A program made the translations under genes and the position numbers. Below, one piece after another: positions 61,042 through 64,000 of a stretch of 64,000 nucleotides of DNA. The stretch's first letter is position 1. Each line of letters starts with the position of its first letter. The notes beneath the pieces are model-generated. The model made no database searches. It was not told the origin of the DNA and was given only the letters and a program-made list of their open reading frames with translations. The DNA comes from Raillietiella orientalis. Its lineage: Eukaryota. The stretch covers positions 6,200,001-6,264,000 of the forward strand of contig JAYWIR010000003.1 in assembly GCA_036172245.1 (NCBI GenBank), in the 5' to 3' direction.

Positions 61042-64000
61042 CTGAGGGAGGGAGAGAGCCGTGAGGAAGAGAAGCGACTGGTGTCCGTGAGTGGAAGGAG
61101 CATGGCGGTCGCCGAGCGACGCGCGTGCCTCCAGCGAGTGACCGGGAAAGGTGGAAGTCGCATTCACGAGAGCGCGTCCCTCGCCCCCCCCCCTCCGACG
61201 AGGAGATTCAGGGAAGCAGAACGGGGTTCTGGACTCACCAGAGGCTCAGGTGGCTCTGCAGTCGCTAAGTGGGGAGGAAGCGGGCGGGTTCTGTCGGATG
61301 CCTGACTCCTGCAGGGGACGGAGTCACCCCTCCTCCTTCCATCCCCTTCGTCGCCCAGTGGATAGAAATGAACCGGCTGGACCGTGCCCTCAGCGTGCGT
61401 GCGGTCCACCCGAGTTCCCCAGTCGCGAGAGAAAGCATGGACTCTTCGGATGGCTCGAGGGCTCGGCCTCTCCTGACCCGGTCCCCGCGCAGCCGGGGAA
61501 ACCTCCTGGAAGCGCTTCCTGATCTTCCCGGGAAAAGCCGCGGGGGAGGGAAGTCGTTTCTCCCGTTTCTGGTAGCTGCGGAGTTTATCTTCCCGGAAAC
61601 TCCCTCCCCCGCGCTTGCAGAGGAAGGTGGGGTTGACTCGCGCTCCAGGGACGGCCGGGTCACGGGTGCTCACGAACGACCTCTCAGCGCGGGCGGCGGA
61701 CAGCCCCTCGGCGCTGCCACCACCTCATCTCGAGCTCTCGCGCGCCCACTTCCCCCTCCTCGAGGCCTTGAGAGGAAGCCGTGCTCTCTGCCAGCCTTCG
61801 GGAACCAATTTTGGACCAGATTGGCTCGGCCTGCCAGCTGGCGCTCCTTAATGGAATTCGTGACCACACGGGGCGCGGGTGCAGCGGTGTGCCCGCGGCT
61901 TGATTATTCGGTCGCGTGGCCCCTGCCTAGCGACGCGACTGCCCAAAGTCCTTGGAGATCCCTCCGGCACCGGATGGAGTGGAGCGCGCTGTTGCTTCCC
62001 GACGAGCCGTGGACACGCGCCAGCCATGGTACCCAGCAGCAGCGTCGAATCCTTTCGGTTTCAGTTCCCTTGGGCGCAGAAGGCTCGTTTGGCTGGAGAA
62101 GCAGCGCCATGGGGCCACTGGCTATTGGGTAGAGGGGAGAGGAAGGGGGTGACGAGGCAGAAGAAGGGAGAGAGGAAATCTTCCTCCCGTCCCCGTCTCC
62201 CTTCTCGACTGCGAGAAAGCCGAGGTCTGGTCCGATCCCAGCGTGCTGTGGGCGGGGTTCCCAGATGTTCCGAGCTGGACGGCTGCAGCAGCAGCTAATG
62301 CCCACGCAGGCCCACTGCTTGGGGACGCGCGTCGTGCGGAAGACTTCCTTAATCCGGGGCGGACTGCACGCTTTTCCGATGCATGTCACGCGACCAAGCA
62401 GATGCCGAAGAGAGAAGCCTCCGTGGGAGGTCCTGAACTGAGGAAACGGCCTCCATGAAATCAGCAGCCATCTCATTTTCCAGGTGTTTCGGCTGTCGAC
62501 GTCTGTGAGAAATCCGCTATCCGAAAGCGAAGCATCCTCTCACGTGGAGGGCCGTGATGAAGCTTCCTCTCAGGGCTCTCTCGCGCGCTCCTTCCTTCTC
62601 GAGCCTCCGCTTCGGAGTTCAGCGGAGGATGCGGAATTCTTCTCAGCTTTCTCGGATGACGAAACAAGGTTGCACATCCTTCCACCATGGCAACCTTTCC
62701 CTGTGTCACCCTTCGGTGACACTGCCCGGCAGTTGCTGTTTGATGTTCTGCCAGGCTTTCCAAATCGAACGCGCCACGGCCTGCGTCCTGCCGCCATTCC
62801 TATTGCGAAGAGGAGCAGAAGAGATTGCGTCCCCGGTCAGCAAGCCGAGGATTTCTTTGCTGTACCGGCCCACGGGACTGAGGGTTCGCCCCATCGTGGA
62901 CATCATTGCATGAGAGCTTCAGTCCAGCGACGCGCTAGTATAATGCGTTCTGGCATAAGACGTTTCTGGTGACCAGGAAGCCAGGTGTTTCCGGCCCACG
63001 TCGCGTGCGCCGGTCGTCCCTCGCCTTCGATACGCACACGTTTTGCTTGCTCACTCTTTCTGGAGGGATCCGGCAGCGCCTTTTGGGTTCCAGGCAGGCT
63101 ATACCTCTGAAAGGAGGTGCAAAGCAAGAGAGCAGGACTGAATAGTGTTTAGGACAGCAGACTAAATAGCGTCCTTGTGTGTTCCTTTATGAGAAAGTGG
63201 TGGATCTCAAGAACGAGCACAATCTGACAATGAATCTTCAAAAGACCGTGAGCGCTGAGAACCCGAAGGAAAACTGTCGGGAAAAGGAGGAGAGAAAGAT
63301 AGCAGGGCTCGTCCGCACCTCGCAGCTGACACCCACCGGCGTGGACGCCTGGGGGGAGGCTTCGAGGCGCGACTGCTGCAGACCCTGGCAAAAACCCAGG
63401 CTCTTCACGGCTGGCAGCGATCGCTTCTCAGTGGCATCTTCTGGAGGAGAGATCGCAGATCCGATAGGGGGATCGTCCGGTGGAGTAGCTTCTAAGTATA
63501 AGCAGAATGCAAAGCGGACTTCCAGCCGAGCACCCTCGAGCGATTAGTCTTGGAAACGAACGTCATGGCATCGAGCAAGCGACGCGTGTCAAAGCCGGAT
63601 GTTACTTGATGTCTCGCGCAGGATGCCGCCAGCGGCTCCCTCCACCAAAACCGCGCCACTGCGGCAAATCGAAGGCAGCAATCTGCTTCCCGAATAAAAG
63701 CTTCTCGAAACGACCAGACAACGCTGGAAGGCCGGGTGTCCATGCACCCCTCACGCTCCACTGATCACGCTGCGGCGGAGCGCAGCTTCCTTCTCTGAAA
63801 CCGAGTTACCTTCGATCTCCTTGGGGTCAAAACCTCCCTCTCCTGGCAAGACGTTTCCCACATGCGGCTGCACGTCTCGTGGAATGTAAGAAATTTCTCA
63901 AGGGTGCGGCAGTCGATCGAAGGAGAAAGAGAAGGGAAGACGCTGACAGGAAAAAGGACGGAGCCCACGGAGATGAAAGTAAAGCAACCTTTCGAGTGAG

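Noticed and set aside
1..64000. Prokaryotic systems (CRISPR arrays, operons, defence islands)
   Set aside because: No regularly spaced repeat-spacer array or dense ORF packing was seen; spliceosomal introns and U2 snRNA indicate a eukaryotic nuclear locus.

Overview
Eukaryotic, most likely arthropod, genomic DNA with spliceosomal introns; no operons, CRISPR arrays or rRNA are visible. Three intron-containing genes each encode a single chitin-binding type-2 (CBM14/peritrophin-A, U-scoloptoxin(01)-like) domain: gene A (+, 28445-29511), gene B (-, 43125-41993) and gene C (-, 61041-58149, first coding exon not found). A decayed restriction-like-endonuclease non-LTR retrotransposon is joined at about U2 nt 38/39 to the 3' part of a U2 snRNA (16411-16560, -), the signature of the Utopia family; it appears to lack its RT core. 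Five copies of a long tRNA-headed, A-tailed SINE-like repeat are present. Three pairs of roughly 130-160 bp inverted repeats occur in unrelated sequence. Many heavily decayed Ty3/gypsy, BEL/Pao, copia and LINE fragments are recognisable only by degenerate motifs. Most ORF-track entries are spurious. All calls were made by eye and repeat boundaries are approximate.
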